Counted from the stretch's first letter, positions 14,320 to 29,235 are shown. The stretch: 64,000 bases of DNA from Octopus vulgaris (GCA_951406725.2 OX597837.1:11284001-11348000), one strand, 5' to 3'. Translations and numbers: made by a program. Notes: a model not told the origin generated them from the letters alone.

Positions 14320-14686
14320 GTATGTATATATATGTATATATATATATATATTTATCTATATATATTTCTATATGTATATAAATTTAGATACATGCATACT
14401 TACACACACACACACACATATATACAGACTTGCACACAAATATATACAGACTTACACACACAGATGCACATGCATTCACCTGTACGTCCCAGTAACTTAG
14501 CGGTTCAGTAAAAGACATCAATGAAATATGTACCAGATTTATATTTAAAAAATTATGATAATGGGATGGATGTGCTGAACGAAACACTTTCAAAGCAATG
14601 CTCCAGCATGGCAGTAGTCAAATGCTAAAACAAATATATATATATATATATATCCACACATAACACTAATATATATATATCTAAAG

Positions 14687-14726
<40 letters not shown>

Positions 14727-14728
14727 TT

Positions 14729-15055
14729 AGTGGCTGTGTGGTAAGTAGCTTGTTTACCAACCACATAGTCCCAGATTCAGTCCCACTGATGGCACCTTGG
14801 GAAAGTGTCTTCTACTATAGCCTTGGGCCGACCAAAGCCTTGTAAGTGGATTTGGTAGACGGAAACTGAAAGAAGCCCATCGTATATATGTATATATATA
14901 TATATATACTTAGCGGTTCGGCAAAAGAGACTGATAGAATAAGTACTGGGCTTACAAAGAATAAGTCCCGGGGTCGATTTGCTCGACTAAAGGTGGTGCT
15001 CCAGCATGGCCGCAGTCAAATGACTGAAACAAGTAAAAGAGTAAAAAAGAGAATA

Positions 15056-15103
<48 letters not shown>

Positions 15104-15320
15104 TGCGTGTCTGTGTTTGTCCCCCTAGCATTGCTTGACAACCGATGCTGGTGTGTTTATGTCCCCGTCAATTAGCGGTTCAGCAAAAGAGACCGATAGA
15201 ATAAGTACTGGGCTTACAAAAAAGAATAAGTCCCGGGGTCGAGTTGCTCGATTAAAGGCGGTGCTCCAGCATGGCCGCAGTCAAAATGACTGAAACAAGT
15301 AAAAGAGTAAAGAGTAAAGA

Positions 15321-15322
<2 letters not shown>
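14729..15322 (+). mobile_element. SINE family A with duplicated 3' half
   Basis: Head 14729-14885; tails at 14909-15050 and 15110-15322. Confidence 0.85.
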
Positions 15323-15376
<54 letters not shown>

Positions 15377-15464
15377 GCACATCCTATATGATACAAGAAG
15401 GCAGGACACGGTTTCGAAACGCTGAGCTGCAGCGCCGTCGAGCGCACATTTCCATTCGGACAGC

Positions 15465-15695
15465 AGCCACTACAACAACAACAACTACTACTACCACTAC
15501 TACTACCACTACTACTAGTAGTACTGCTGCTGCCGTTGCTACTGCTGCTGCATTTGTCGCTTCTGCTGACGGTGCTGCTGCTGCTAATGTTACTGCTAAT
15601 TCTGCTTCAAGTGCTGCTGCTGCTGTCATACGTACGTACTACCACCACCACCACCACCACTACTACTACTACTAGTTCTACTACTACAACTGCTG

Positions 15696-15726
<31 letters not shown>

Positions 15727-15925
15727 CGCTGCTGCAGCTGTCGATGTTACCAGTATTATTATTACTAATACACGCACGGCGACGTGCACGAGTACATCAA
15801 TAACACTGTAGCCAAAACCACAACCACCACCGACACCACCACCACTACCACCACCACCACCACCAGTACCGTCACAAACACAACCGAAACAGCAACAACA
15901 ACAAAAACAACAACAACAACACACA
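15465..15925. repeat. Mixed trinucleotide repeats (ACT/GCT/ACC/ACA)
   Basis: Directly visible. Confidence 0.9.
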
Positions 15926-17029
15926 ATTAATTCAATTAATATTATTGTTTCGATAAATTGTTACTCCGCTTGGACTTCTTAGTGTACACGGGATCGTTTC
16001 TCAGCCGAGTTTAAGGTAAGTGCATTTTATATTCTACACATGCGATGCCTTCTTATAAATAAGCATGCATGCATATACACACGTATATATACATATACAT
16101 ATACGTGTACATAGTGTACATACATATATACATGTATATACACACACCCTCACACACACTCATACACATATACATACAGACAGATATATACATGTATACA
16201 AACATCCCTCAATACATAAACATATATACGTATATAAATATGATATATATATATATAATATATATATATACATACATTATATACATTATATATACATACA
16301 CACATAATCGTAGAATTTATACTGACATATATACATACATGCACACAAATGCATATATATATATATGTATGTATATTTGTATGTATGTATGTATACATTA
16401 TTACTTAAATATATACATGCATATGATATATATATACACACATATACATACATGTACATACATCTATACGTAATTATACACGTAACAATGTAAATGGATC
16501 GAGGTGGTTCCCGATGTCCAACGTGCTCAAAAAACTTTGGGAATTAGAGTGGAACATGGCCGAGTATTCCACACACTATATATATATATGTATATATATA
16601 TGTATATATTAAGGTAATGCGCAGAGCAAGTTCGATGTCATCATGTGAACTGGAATCAACAAGATAGGCCTTTTCAAGGACAGAGAGGGCCTATTCCAGT
16701 GGCCCACACCCGAGGCCCATATAGTAATTTGGGGTCCATATGGCGTTTCGGGGTCTATATAAGGTTTTGTTGTTAAAGTTTTAGTGCAACAAACTGAGGT
16801 AACTTCTAAAATGCACAAAATATTGGAACTTTTTAATTGTAGCTGTGCGGTAAAATCTTTGTTTCCGAACCACATGGTCCTAGGTTCAGTCCTTTGAGAG
16901 TGGATTTGGTTGACGGGAACTATAAGAAGTCCGTCGTTTATATATATATATATATATGTGTGTGAGTATATATGTTTAAGTGTATGTACACACACACACA
17001 CACGTACATATATACTCTCTCTTTTTTTC

Positions 17030-17277
17030 TCTTTTACTCTTTTACTTGTTTCAGTCATTTTGACTGCGGCCATGCTGGAGCACCGCCTTTAGTCGAGCAA
17101 ATCGACCCCGGGACTTATTCTTTGTAAGCCCAGTACTTATTCTATCGGTCTCTTTGCCGAACCGCTAAGTGACGGGGACGTAAACACACCAGCATCGGTT
17201 GTCAAGCAATGCTAGGGGGACAAACACACACACACAAACACATATATATATATATACATATATACGACATATATATA

Positions 17278-17332
<55 letters not shown>

Positions 17333-17356
17333 ATATTTATACGGACATACATAGAC

Positions 17357-17440
<84 letters not shown>

Positions 17441-17605
17441 GGATAGATAGATGGATAGATGCAAATAGTATGTGAAGGCGTGGCTGTGTACTAAGAAACT
17501 TGCTACCTAACCACATGCATCCGTGTTCAGTCTCAGTGCGTGTCAACTTTTGGGAATGTTTTCTACTATTGAGTCGGGTCGACCAAAGTCCTGTGAGTGT
17601 ATCTG

Positions 17606-17668
<63 letters not shown>

Positions 17669-17919
17669 TACATACATACATACATACATACATACATACA
17701 TACATACGTACATATATACATACAGGCGTCTCTGTGCTTGAGTTTGACTCCACCACCACTTGACAACCGGTGTCGGTTTCTTTACGTCCCCGTGACTTAG
17801 CGGTTCGGCGAAAGAAACGAATACAATAAATATCAGGCTTAAAAATAAGTAATACAATCGATTTCGCTGACTAAAACCTTTCAAGTTTGATACCCAGCAT
17901 GGCTGCAGTCCAATAAAAG

Positions 17920-17954
<35 letters not shown>

Positions 17955-18093
17955 GTATGTGTGGTTGTGTGGTATGAAGCTTGCTTTCCAACCACGTTAT
18001 TCCGGGTTCAGTCCCACTGCGTGGTACCTTACACAAGTACTTTCTAACATAGCCTCGGTCCTACCCAAGCCTTGTGAGCGGATTCTGTAGACG

Positions 18094-18142
<49 letters not shown>

Positions 18143-18350
18143 TGTGTGTCGGCGTTTGTCCCCCCATCACCATTGCTTGACAACCGATGCTGGTGTGTTT
18201 ATGTCACCGTTGGCTAACTGTTCGACAAAAGAGACCGATAGAATAAGTACTAGGCTTACAACGAATAAGTCCTGGGGTCGATTCGTTCGATTAAAGGCGG
18301 CGCTCCGGCATGGCCGCAATCAAACGACTGAAACAAGTAAAAGAACAAAA
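17030..18350. mobile_element. Cluster of SINE family A copies (17030-17240 minus; 17477-17915 and 17960-18350 plus)
   Basis: Shared head and tail blocks, with microsatellites between. Confidence 0.8.
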
Positions 18351-18365
18351 GAATACATAGATGTT

Positions 18366-18405
<40 letters not shown>

Positions 18406-18430
18406 CATGTATATGTATATATATACACAA

Positions 18431-18483
<53 letters not shown>

Positions 18484-19109
18484 TAGATATGTACATACAT
18501 GTATATTAAGCTGAATTTCCAAGGTTGTTCATTAAGGTTTCTCTTGCATTACGGTCTTTGAGGTGTCATTATTGAGGTACGAAATTAATGGAGTGGATCC
18601 TCCGTCGGAATCGACGATGACCCTCCGGTTACGTAATCAACTAAGTGAGCGTCCCTTTGATCGAACGCTAGACGTGACTGAATTTTGTTCAGTGGAGTTT
18701 CATGGCGTCACAGCGTGTGACAAAGCTGAGTCTTTGAAATGCTAGCTCAATGCATCTTTCGTAGGGCTTTCGAACAGTTTCCTGTCTTCCGAATTTTATC
18801 CACAAATGTGGCGAATTTTCGACTAACCCCCTCCCCCCCCCCCACAAATATCAATAAGAAGCAAAAAAGAAAAAAAAACACACTTATTAGCATAAGACGC
18901 TATGCAGTGGGGTTGAACCCCCGACCATGCGATCGTGAGACAAACGTTTTAACTATTTGTTCGTGCTGTACTCGTTATCTCCAACACTTCCTACAAACAT
19001 ATACATACACAAACATATACATACACACACACAAACGTATACATATACACACATGATATGAATCTATACATTCATACTTACACATATCATGTTATATTAT
19101 TAATTACAC

Positions 19110-19229
19110 ACACTCACACATGTATTTACATACATATATACGTACACACATACATACATACACACATACACACACATACATGCATATATACATACACGCA
19201 TACATACATATATACGTACGCAAATATGT

Positions 19230-19260
<31 letters not shown>

Positions 19261-19961
19261 TAATACATACATACATGCATACATACATACATGCATACAT
19301 ACATACATACGCATACATACATACATATATAAATACATACATGCATACATATATACGTACACAAATATATACATACATACATACATACACACACATAATA
19401 CATACATACATGCATACATACATACATACATACACATACATACATATATAAATACATACATACATACATATATATATACACGCATACATACATATATACG
19501 TACACAAATATATACATACATACATACACACACACACACATAATACATACATACATGCATACATACATACATGCATACATACATACATACGCATACATAC
19601 ATATATAAATACATACATACATACATATTTACGTACACAAATATATACATACATACATACATACACACACATAATACATACATACATGCATACATACATA
19701 CATACATACACATACATACATATATAAATACATACATACATACATATATATATATATACACGCATACATACATATATACGTACACAAATATATACATACA
19801 TACATACACGTACATACATACACGTACATACATACATACATGCATACATACATACACATACATACATACACACATACATACATACATAAATACACACACA
19901 TACATACATACATACATACATACATACATACATACATACATACATACATACGTACGTACGT
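19110..19961. repeat. Higher-order (TACA)-based compound microsatellite
   Basis: Recurring blocks CACACATAATACATACATACATGCATAC and TACGTACACAAATATATAC. Confidence 0.9.
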
Positions 19962-20261
19962 AGATAAGTGTTTTGAGATTTAAGATTTAAGAACACGAAA
20001 TATTAACTATGAAAACCGATTCGATGCCTACGGCTAGGAAAACAGTTGTTGCTTGGTTAATGAAGTTTACAATAACTTATTAGAGAATCTTTTGATAAAA
20101 AAAAAATGGAGAAAAAAATTCCGAAACACAATTTTCATAAACACTCAAGATTTCTCGTGCGCTGCGAACGTTGTTTCTTTTTTTTTTTTCCTTCTCCGTT
20201 TTGAAAAGTTCGATGACTGAATTAAATAGACAAATTGTTATTAGACTAATTATTGTATATA

Positions 20262-20432
<171 letters not shown>

Positions 20433-20433
20433 G

Positions 20434-20480
<47 letters not shown>

Positions 20481-20481
20481 G

Positions 20482-20518
<37 letters not shown>

Positions 20519-20625
20519 TTATATATATATATATATTTGTATATATATATGTATATATATATGTATATTTGTATATATATATGTATATTTGTATATATAT
20601 ATATATGTATGTATGTATGTATATA

Positions 20626-20679
<54 letters not shown>

Positions 20680-21095
20680 CATCTATATATCTATATCTGT
20701 ATATATGTATATATATGTGTGTGTGTATATACATATATATACACATATATATGTGGGGGTTGCGTGTGAGTGCGCTTATACATTTGTCTATATATATATG
20801 TGTGTGTGTCTGTATATATATGTATATTATTATATGTATGCATGTATGTAAGTATGTATATGTATGTGTGTGCGTGTGTGTGGGAGGTATTACAAACAGG
20901 ATATATATATCACGAGTTTATAATCATGAGTATATATACACACATATTTTAAAAAAATATTTATTCGATAAATGTCACTCAATAAATAATGGCATTCATG
21001 CGTGCAACTCTCTGCCTTGGGGTCACTTTGTACAGAGATACGTAGAAACATACATACATACATACATACATACACGTACACACACACAAACACAA

Positions 21096-21132
<37 letters not shown>

Positions 21133-21149
21133 CATATATATCATATATA

Positions 21150-21537
21150 TTCTTTCAGTCATTTGACTGCGACCATGCTGGAGCACCGTCTTTGATCGAA
21201 AAACAATCGACCCTAGTACTTATTCTTCGTAAGCCTAGTACTTATTCTATCGGTCTCTTTTGCCGAATTGCTAAGTTACGGGGAACTAAACACACCAACA
21301 ACGGTTATCAGACGATGGTGGGAGGAGAAACGCAGACACACACAGACACACGCATAGACACACACACACACTCGCATATATACGACGGGCTTCTTTCAGG
21401 TTCCCTCTGCCAAATTCACTCACAAGGCTTTGGTCAGTCCGAAGCTATAGTAGAAGTCATTTGCGGAATGTACCACGCAGTAGGACTGAACCCAGAACCA
21501 TGTTAATGATAAGCAAGCGTCTTACCACACAGTCACG
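21150..21537 (-). mobile_element. SINE family A, diverged full-length copy
   Basis: Tail and head blocks in reverse orientation. Confidence 0.8.
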
Positions 21538-21546
21538 CTACATACA

Positions 21547-21610
<64 letters not shown>

Positions 21611-21672
21611 AATGTAGGTAGGTAGATAGACAGATAGACAGACAGACAGATAGATAGATAGATAGATAGATT

Positions 21673-21739
<67 letters not shown>

Positions 21740-22164
21740 TATACAAAGAACGATTTAATTGCTTGAAAATAAACCAAAATATGTCAACTTTTGGCTATTA
21801 CTCTCTTAAGGTGTAACAAATTTATCTGTAAATGGAGGAAAATTTCATGTTTATTTGCAGGAACAACAATGGCGTGTCTCTCGTTAGCTTTGTACAATTC
21901 ATTCCAAAATTCTCAGATCATTCGGTGAAACTTTGCAAATACGTAAAGTGTTCCGAAATATGTTTGGCAATAGATTGAAGTACGGTCCATTGGTTTTGAA
22001 ACTTCCTTTGTATTCTTGTGGCTCATGTCCACTGTAGTTTCAGTCCCATGGTACCCATTTTTGGTATCTTACTGCAGACGTGTTTTATTTTCTGTAAGAG
22101 TACTGGGTCGACCAATCAAAGCTTTTTGAATGAAAATGGTTGATAGAAACAGATAGATACGTCG

Positions 22165-22255
<91 letters not shown>

Positions 22256-22748
22256 GTCTGCCTGCCTGCCTGTCTGTCTGTCTGTCTTTCTGTCTGTCAG
22301 CTTGCTTCCCGACGACATGGTTCTGGGTTCAGTCCCACTGCGTGGCACCTTGGGCAAGTGTCTTCTACTGTAGCCTCAGGCCGACCAAAGCCTCATGAGT
22401 GGATTTGGTAGACGGAAACTGAATGAAGCCTGTCGTATATGTATATATATATATATATATATACATATACCGTGATTTTTCTGTTGTGATTTTTGCTACC
22501 CAGGTATCGGTTATCATTTGAATAATCCGTAACAAGATAATTCATTTATCCATTTCAATAATTATATATATATATATATATATATATAAGTAGGTGAATG
22601 AATTATCCTATGTTTACCGTCAGCGTGGAAAATTCGTATAACCGAAACCTGGGTAGCAAATTCACGTCAGAAACACGGTTGAAGCGACCTGTCAAGGGTA
22701 GAAACTCCGGGTTCATGTGCAGAAATTTGTGTGTTGTATATGAATAAA

Positions 22749-22812
<64 letters not shown>

Positions 22813-23030
22813 TATATATATATATACACACACATATATGTGGGGGTTGTGTGTGAGTGTTTGCGCTTATACATTTGTCTATATATATATATGTGTATGT
22901 GTGTGTGTATCTATATGTATATGAATATATGTATGCATGTATGTAAGTATGTATATGTATGTGTGTGTGTGCATAACTCTATAAATCATTGAAATTTTTG
23001 TTTGTCTTGTTGTCGAGAGAGGCTCCCTTT

Positions 23031-23112
23031 CTTTCCTGATGAGAAGATTGCATAATGCACCCTTTATTCCTTTGGAATGAAAACATGCTGTCTTCGAAAC
23101 ATATGTCGAGAG
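23031..23112 (+). ncRNA. Canonical minimal type-I hammerhead ribozyme
   Basis: CTTTC-CTGATGA-GAAGAT..GTCTTC-GAAAC-ATAT-GTC-GAGAG: complete core, stems I and II, palindromic loop III, GUC site (cut after 23107). Confidence 0.88.
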
Positions 23113-23399
23113 TAAAGGAATTTTGTTAACATCTTCGTTCGACTCCATTCTTTCATTTATTCATATATATATATCTTTATTTATTTATGAACATATATAT
23201 ATATTTATTTATTTATTTATTCATATGTATGTGTGCGTGTCTGCCTGTGTGTCTGTCTTTGTTTGTCCCACGCCATCAATGTATAAGCGTTAAAATGCGT
23301 CGAAATAATTGCAGTGATTTTGAATCATGAATGTCGTTCATTCCATACAAACATATAACGTGTGTATAAACATATATACTCATATATACATATATTTAT

Positions 23400-23494
<95 letters not shown>

Positions 23495-23933
23495 CACACA
23501 CATAAGTATATATATTGATGTATATATGTATGTATGTGAGTATAGAAAGATAGAAATATATATGTGTGTGTGTATGTCTGTGTGTGTCTACGTGTGTTTG
23601 TATTTGCCTCTACGTTCGCCTTAGCTTTGCTAAAATAATTAGCAGATTTGACAAAAAAGGACAGAGATAGATAGAAAGATAGAGAGAGAAACAGGGACAT
23701 ACAGACAGACAGACAGACAGATAGGCTGACAGTCAGACAATACGACTGAGACAAAGAGAGTCCTCGGATCGATACAATCTTGTAAAACCTTTCAATGACC
23801 GGCAGATCAGCTCCAATATGACATCAGTCTGGAAAGAGAAACAAGGAAAAGAGCGAAATCGAAAAGAATAATTAAAGAATATGACAAGCTAGCGAGAATG
23901 GCTCGAATGCTTTCCTTCACATATGTATGAACG

Positions 23934-24043
<110 letters not shown>

Positions 24044-24079
24044 AATATATATATATATATATATATATAATAAAATATT

Positions 24080-24345
24080 AGGGAATAAATCCAAACTTAC
24101 AGAGAAAAATCAGATTTAAGATTGAATCCAATTTTATAGTAAAATATTATATTATATTAAATTAGAGATAAAACCACTATTAGGCAAATCATACAATGGA
24201 AAAGATAATTAATTAATTAATTATCTTTTTTAATAATTTTGATATATATTTAAATAATATAAATTAATTAATCTTATATATTGGCTTAAGTTTTTCATTT
24301 TATGATTTGCCTAATAGTGGTTTTATCTCTAATTTAATATAATAT
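24080..24345. repeat. AT-rich interspersed repeat in inverted configuration
   Basis: AATTAGAGATAAAACCACTATTAGGCAAATC and its reverse complement; family also at ~2056-2125, 41218-41400, 57420-57632. Confidence 0.75.
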
Positions 24346-24350
24346 ATATA

Positions 24351-24386
<36 letters not shown>

Positions 24387-24639
24387 TGTATGTATGTATG
24401 TATGTATGTATGTATGTATGTATGTATGTATACATGTGAAAATGGTGGCAGTTTATATTAGCCTTTCGGTTCGTTAACCGAAATCTTCAAGGCAAAAATT
24501 TTGAAGAGTTCGGTTAACGAAAGTGCTAATAACGATTATCCAAAATTCATATATATACACATTTATATATATATTTTGATCTAGTTTCAGCACATGAGTT
24601 GTGGCCATGCTGGGGCACCGCCATATATATATATATAAT

Positions 24640-24930
24640 CACGTGATCATGTGACCGACCAGACCGTCAGATGTTGTTACACATCGCTGGTCACAATGCG
24701 TTCGCATTGTTTTAGCCTTCGAATGACGCCACCCCGCTGGCTAAGCGAGCAGGCCAACAGACGAAAGAGTGAGAGAAAGAGTGGTGAAAGAGTACAGCAG
24801 GGATCACCACCCCTTGCCGGAGCGTCGTGGAACTTTTAGGTGTTTTCGCTCAATAAACACACACAAATCGAAACCGCGATCCTACGACCGCGAGTCCGCT
24901 GCCCTAACCACTGGGCCATTGCGCCTCCAT
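24640..24930 (-). mobile_element. SINE family C (tRNA-like head GGAGGCGCAATGGCCCAGTGGTTAGGGCAGCGGACTCGCGG)
   Basis: Head matches the 35121 and 63646 copies; A- and B-box-like motifs. Confidence 0.85.
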
Positions 24931-25536
24931 ATATATATATAATATCAGTGGTTAAAAAATAAACATCAGGATTGCGCAAACAACTTCATATCATACCCAC
25001 ATACCCACCCCGTTGAATACACATAAATATATATTAAAATACCAGGGCGTTCAGCAAACAGAATTAATGTGTTAATGGATTGTGGCAGTGGCTCCTAAAA
25101 CGGCCGTAGACTTTACGATGGACATTATTCTCCATTCCTGACTTGAATTACTTCTTGCACATTACGATGGACGTGATTCTGGATTCCTTTTACCATTAAT
25201 AGTTTCACTGTGTTATACTCTTTTACTCTTTTACTTGTTTCAGTCATTTGACTGCGGCCATGCTGGAGCACCGCCTTTTAGTCGAGCAACTCGACTCCGA
25301 GACTTATCCTTTTTTTTGTAAGCCCAGTACTTATTCTATCGGTCTCTCTTTTGCCGAACCGCTAAGTGACGGAGACGTAAACACACCAGCATCGGTTGTC
25401 AAGCAGTGCTAGGGAGACAAACACAGACACACAAACACACACACACACACACATACATATACATATATACGACAGGCTTCTTTTTTTAAATTATCAGTAA
25501 CCAAAAATATCTTGTAAGGTGAAACAATTATAAATA

Positions 25537-27000
25537 AGGGCAAAAGAAAAAGATTTCTATGCCAATATGCTGAAAAAAAAACAAACTTTAGATCGTCTAA
25601 CCACATATAAAATTTTTCACCGTGTATCTATAGTGAAAAATATTGTATTTGGTTAGACGTTATAAAGCCTATTTTTTCAGTATATTGGCATAGAGTTTTG
25701 TTTTTCTTTTGCCCTGTTTTTCCCTGTCCTGTCTTTTACTGTTTATATTTTTGTACTGTCGTTACTGTCCTGTTTTTTTACCTTTTTTTTACCATTTTTT
25801 ACCCCTCTGCGAAAAGATCTCAGAATTTTAATTGATTTGCTTTTCGCAGGAAGGAAAGTTTCTTGTCGAAGATACGTCTCGCTTTTATCCTTCGAAACGT
25901 AGAGTAGATGAAACCATAGCGACTGAAGAAGGGGTTTTTTTCTTTGTGTTAATTGTCCTGTACTCCATTTTTTTGTTGTTTTTAAAAAAATGTCCAGTTC
26001 CTTTGGTTTGTGTCTATGTTTTCGTTTCTCTTTGTGTTCGACGTCCCTTTGGTGTCCTGTACTCATATATGCGTGTATATGTACATGTAGAGGTAGGTAC
26101 GTACATATATGTTTATATATATGCATATGTTTTATTTCATTTATTAATATATTATATGACTAAACGCACGCACCCACTTAAGTAAGATTGTTCTGTATAT
26201 CAAGTTTTGGTCTTGATATTAACTCTGACGCGCACTCTTCACCTTTCTGTCCCATCCCTATTCTTTGATTTTCTTTTTCCTCTACTTAACTTGTCTCTTC
26301 TTCTCTCTCTCATTCTTCACTCTCTCTCTGCCCCTCACAATTCTTCATGGTTTCCTCGCAGCCATTCCCCTTCTTCTCTCCCTTCCTCTTGCTCCTCCTC
26401 CCCCTTCCCGTCGTCCACCCGCGACGATACTTCCGCTCTGACTATCTTTCTGGCCTGGCCTTTCAAGGTAACGGACGACATTCTTCCTGCTCCCCTGTCG
26501 TTCACAAAAAATTCTGCGTTTGCAATACTTTTGTTCGTTCGGCGTCAACAGCCCTTCTTATCTTGTTTTTCCCTGTCCTGTCTTTTACTGTTTATATTTT
26601 TGTACTGTCGTTACTCTCCTGTTTTTTTACCTTTTTTTACCATTTTTTACCCCTCTGCGAAAAGATCTCAGAATTTTAATTGATTTGCTTTTCGCAGGAA
26701 GGAAAGTTTCTTGTCGAAGATACGTCTCGCTTTTATCCTTCGAAACGTAGAGTAGATGAAACCTTTAGCGACTGAAGAAGGGTTTTTTTCTTTGTGTTAA
26801 TTGTCCTGTACTCTATTTTTTTGTTGTTTTTAAAAAAATGTCCAGTTCCTTTGGTTTGTGTCTATGTTTTCGTTTCTCTTTGTGTTCGACGTCCCTTTGG
26901 TGTCCTGTACTCATATATGCGTGTATATGTACATGTAGAGGTAGGTACGTACATATATGTTTATATATATGCATATGTTTTATTTCATTTATTAATATAT
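25537..27000 (+). mobile_element. Penelope-like relic: inverted repeat plus about 430-bp direct repeats with hammerhead variants
   Basis: IR 25537-25621/25632-25715; ~25715-26150 repeated at ~26563-27000; TTC-TTGTCGA-A..GAAAC-GTA-GAG at 25860-25904 and 26708-26752. Confidence 0.6.
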
Positions 27001-27013
27001 ATATATATATATT

Positions 27014-27059
<46 letters not shown>

Positions 27060-27126
27060 ACATATACACGCCATGCTCGACCGCGAAAATCTAGAAATGT
27101 TTTTATTCTGTTTATTTTCTCTTATT

Positions 27127-27164
27127 CCTTTCTGTTGAAGAGCGTAGGCTCGAAACGTTAAAGA
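27127..27164 (+). ncRNA. Hammerhead-like A6U variant (family shared with 28603, 37774, ~49773)
   Basis: CCTTT-CTGTTGA-A-GAGC-GTAG-GCTC-GAAAC-GTT-AAAGA. Confidence 0.6.
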
Positions 27165-27498
27165 CATTTTCATTTTTCCCGGTCGTCAAACTAATACACT
27201 TGCTTGTTGTTCATATACCTGTCTTCGTCTTTTGTTTTTCTGTAAATTTCAACTATACATATATGTGTATGTTTTTATATATGTATGTGTGTATGTACGT
27301 ACGTGTCTTCAAACCCACTCACCTGACGACGTCAGACACAACAACTGGTGGTGGATCCTATTTATTTATACAATATTAATATGATGTATGAAACTCAGCA
27401 ACTAATACCTGCTACCTGCTACCAATGCACAGAAACAATTGTTTTGCTTTTACGATTGAAATCGGTGTGCGAGTGTGAGTATGTGTGTTGTATGGGTG

Positions 27499-27537
<39 letters not shown>

Positions 27538-27726
27538 CTCGACTACGCAGGGTTTTGAAATCAGAATCAATACAACCATGAACGATTACATAACTTAATT
27601 TGTCATAATAAATTATCTTCTCAGATGTCCGATCGATTTCCTTGTGTTCCCATGGTGGATAACATGAATACTAATCAGAATATTACCAGCCGATGGTATA
27701 ATCAACTATGCCAGCTTTCTGTAATG

Positions 27727-28520
27727 CAGTGGTTCTCAACATTTTCCCGGCCACCGCCCCCCTAGAAACGATTTTTAACGTAAGCTAATTAATAATCGCC
27801 CATCAAAAAATGATATTAAATATAATGTAATTACGACTAATCAGCACTAAAAAAATTGTGCATGTAAATGCAAAATAAAAATTAATTAAAATAAAACTTT
27901 ATTCTAAATTTAAATGTAGAAAAGGACTAACTAGTGAAAACCCTGAGATTGGTGGTGTTCCGCTAAAAATTCAATGTCAGGTTTAATGCTACTCAAATAG
28001 ATACGAATATTCCCAGGTGAAATGTCAAATCTGTTTCCTTCCTTCCGCAAAATGTGATTGACAGTACTAAATCCGGTTTCGACAAGATATGATGTCGGGG
28101 AAACAAAAACGGATTTTCGACATTTGTGACCACAAATTGCCAACATTCAGACAATCTTTTTTTTTTTTAACTTAATTTGAAGTTCATCATTGCATTTCAT
28201 CTCGATGACTTCTTCCTAGATATTTCCGTGTGTCCCGCGAGGATCACAATCGAACGGATCAATCATGCATTGTTGAATAGTGAAGTTAAATAAATCGGCA
28301 AATCTGGTTTTTAAATCATTTTTTCCAAGGCACACAGATGGTCGCAATGGATACCAATGTCATTTTCACGTAAATCGATCTCCGCTAGTTCGGACGTATG
28401 AAAGTGTCTTTGTTTTAAATGAAACAAAAGCTCTCATCACTCGTTTACAGTCTATCAACGTTATCATTTTTCCCTGATGCAGAAGAGAGACCTCGTTGAG
28501 CTTACGAACATCCAGCTAAG
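27727..28520 (-). mobile_element. hAT (Charlie/Buster-type) DNA transposon remnant with one TIR
   Basis: TIR CAGTGGTTCTCAAC at 27727; ORF 27931-28146 PTSYLVETGFS..NRFDI..IKPDI..HQSQGFH is the Charlie/Buster transposase C-terminus. Confidence 0.85.
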
Positions 28521-28602
28521 GTAGTGTGTTCGAAGTCAGGACGCCATGATAGATCGTTAGCTCCTACACGCATTTTTTTCTCTCCTTGTTTTTTTCTGTG
28601 TA

Positions 28603-28640
28603 TCTTTCTGTTGAAGAGCGTAGGCTCGAAACGTAAAAGA
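28603..28640 (+). ncRNA. Hammerhead-like A6U variant
   Basis: TCTTT-CTGTTGA-A-GAGC-GTAG-GCTC-GAAAC-GTA-AAAGA; perfect stems I and II. Confidence 0.65.
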
Positions 28641-28789
28641 CTTTTTCTATTTCTATTCCTGAGCGCTATACTAATACATTTGTTTGTTTGTACTCCACCT
28701 GCCTTCGTCTTTTGTTTATTTTCGTAAACTTTCCCGTTAAGGTAGTGTATGTTCTTTTGAGCTGAAATTTCGGCGACTAAGTAGTAGGC

Positions 28790-28817
28790 TAAGTAGTGGT
28801 GGTAGTAGTAGTAGTAT

Positions 28818-28848
<31 letters not shown>

Positions 28849-28891
28849 GGTGGTGGTGGTGGTGGTATTTGTAGTAGTAGTAGTAGTAGTG

Positions 28892-28982
<91 letters not shown>

Positions 28983-29189
28983 TAGTGGTGGTAGTAGGGG
29001 TGGTGTTGGTGGTAGTGTTGGTGGTGGTCGTAGTAGTAGTAGTAGTAGTAGTGGTGGTAGTAGTGGTGGTAGTAGGGGTGGTGTTGGTGGTGGTGTTGGT
29101 GGTGGTCGTAGTAGTAGTAGTAGTAGTAGTAGTAGGTGGTAGTAGTGGTGGTAGTAGGGGTGGTGTTGGTGGTGGTGTTGGTGGTGGTC

Positions 29190-29234
<45 letters not shown>

Positions 29235-29235
29235 A
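28790..29235. repeat. (TAG)/(TGG) compound array with internal higher-order duplication
   Basis: Directly visible. Confidence 0.95.
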
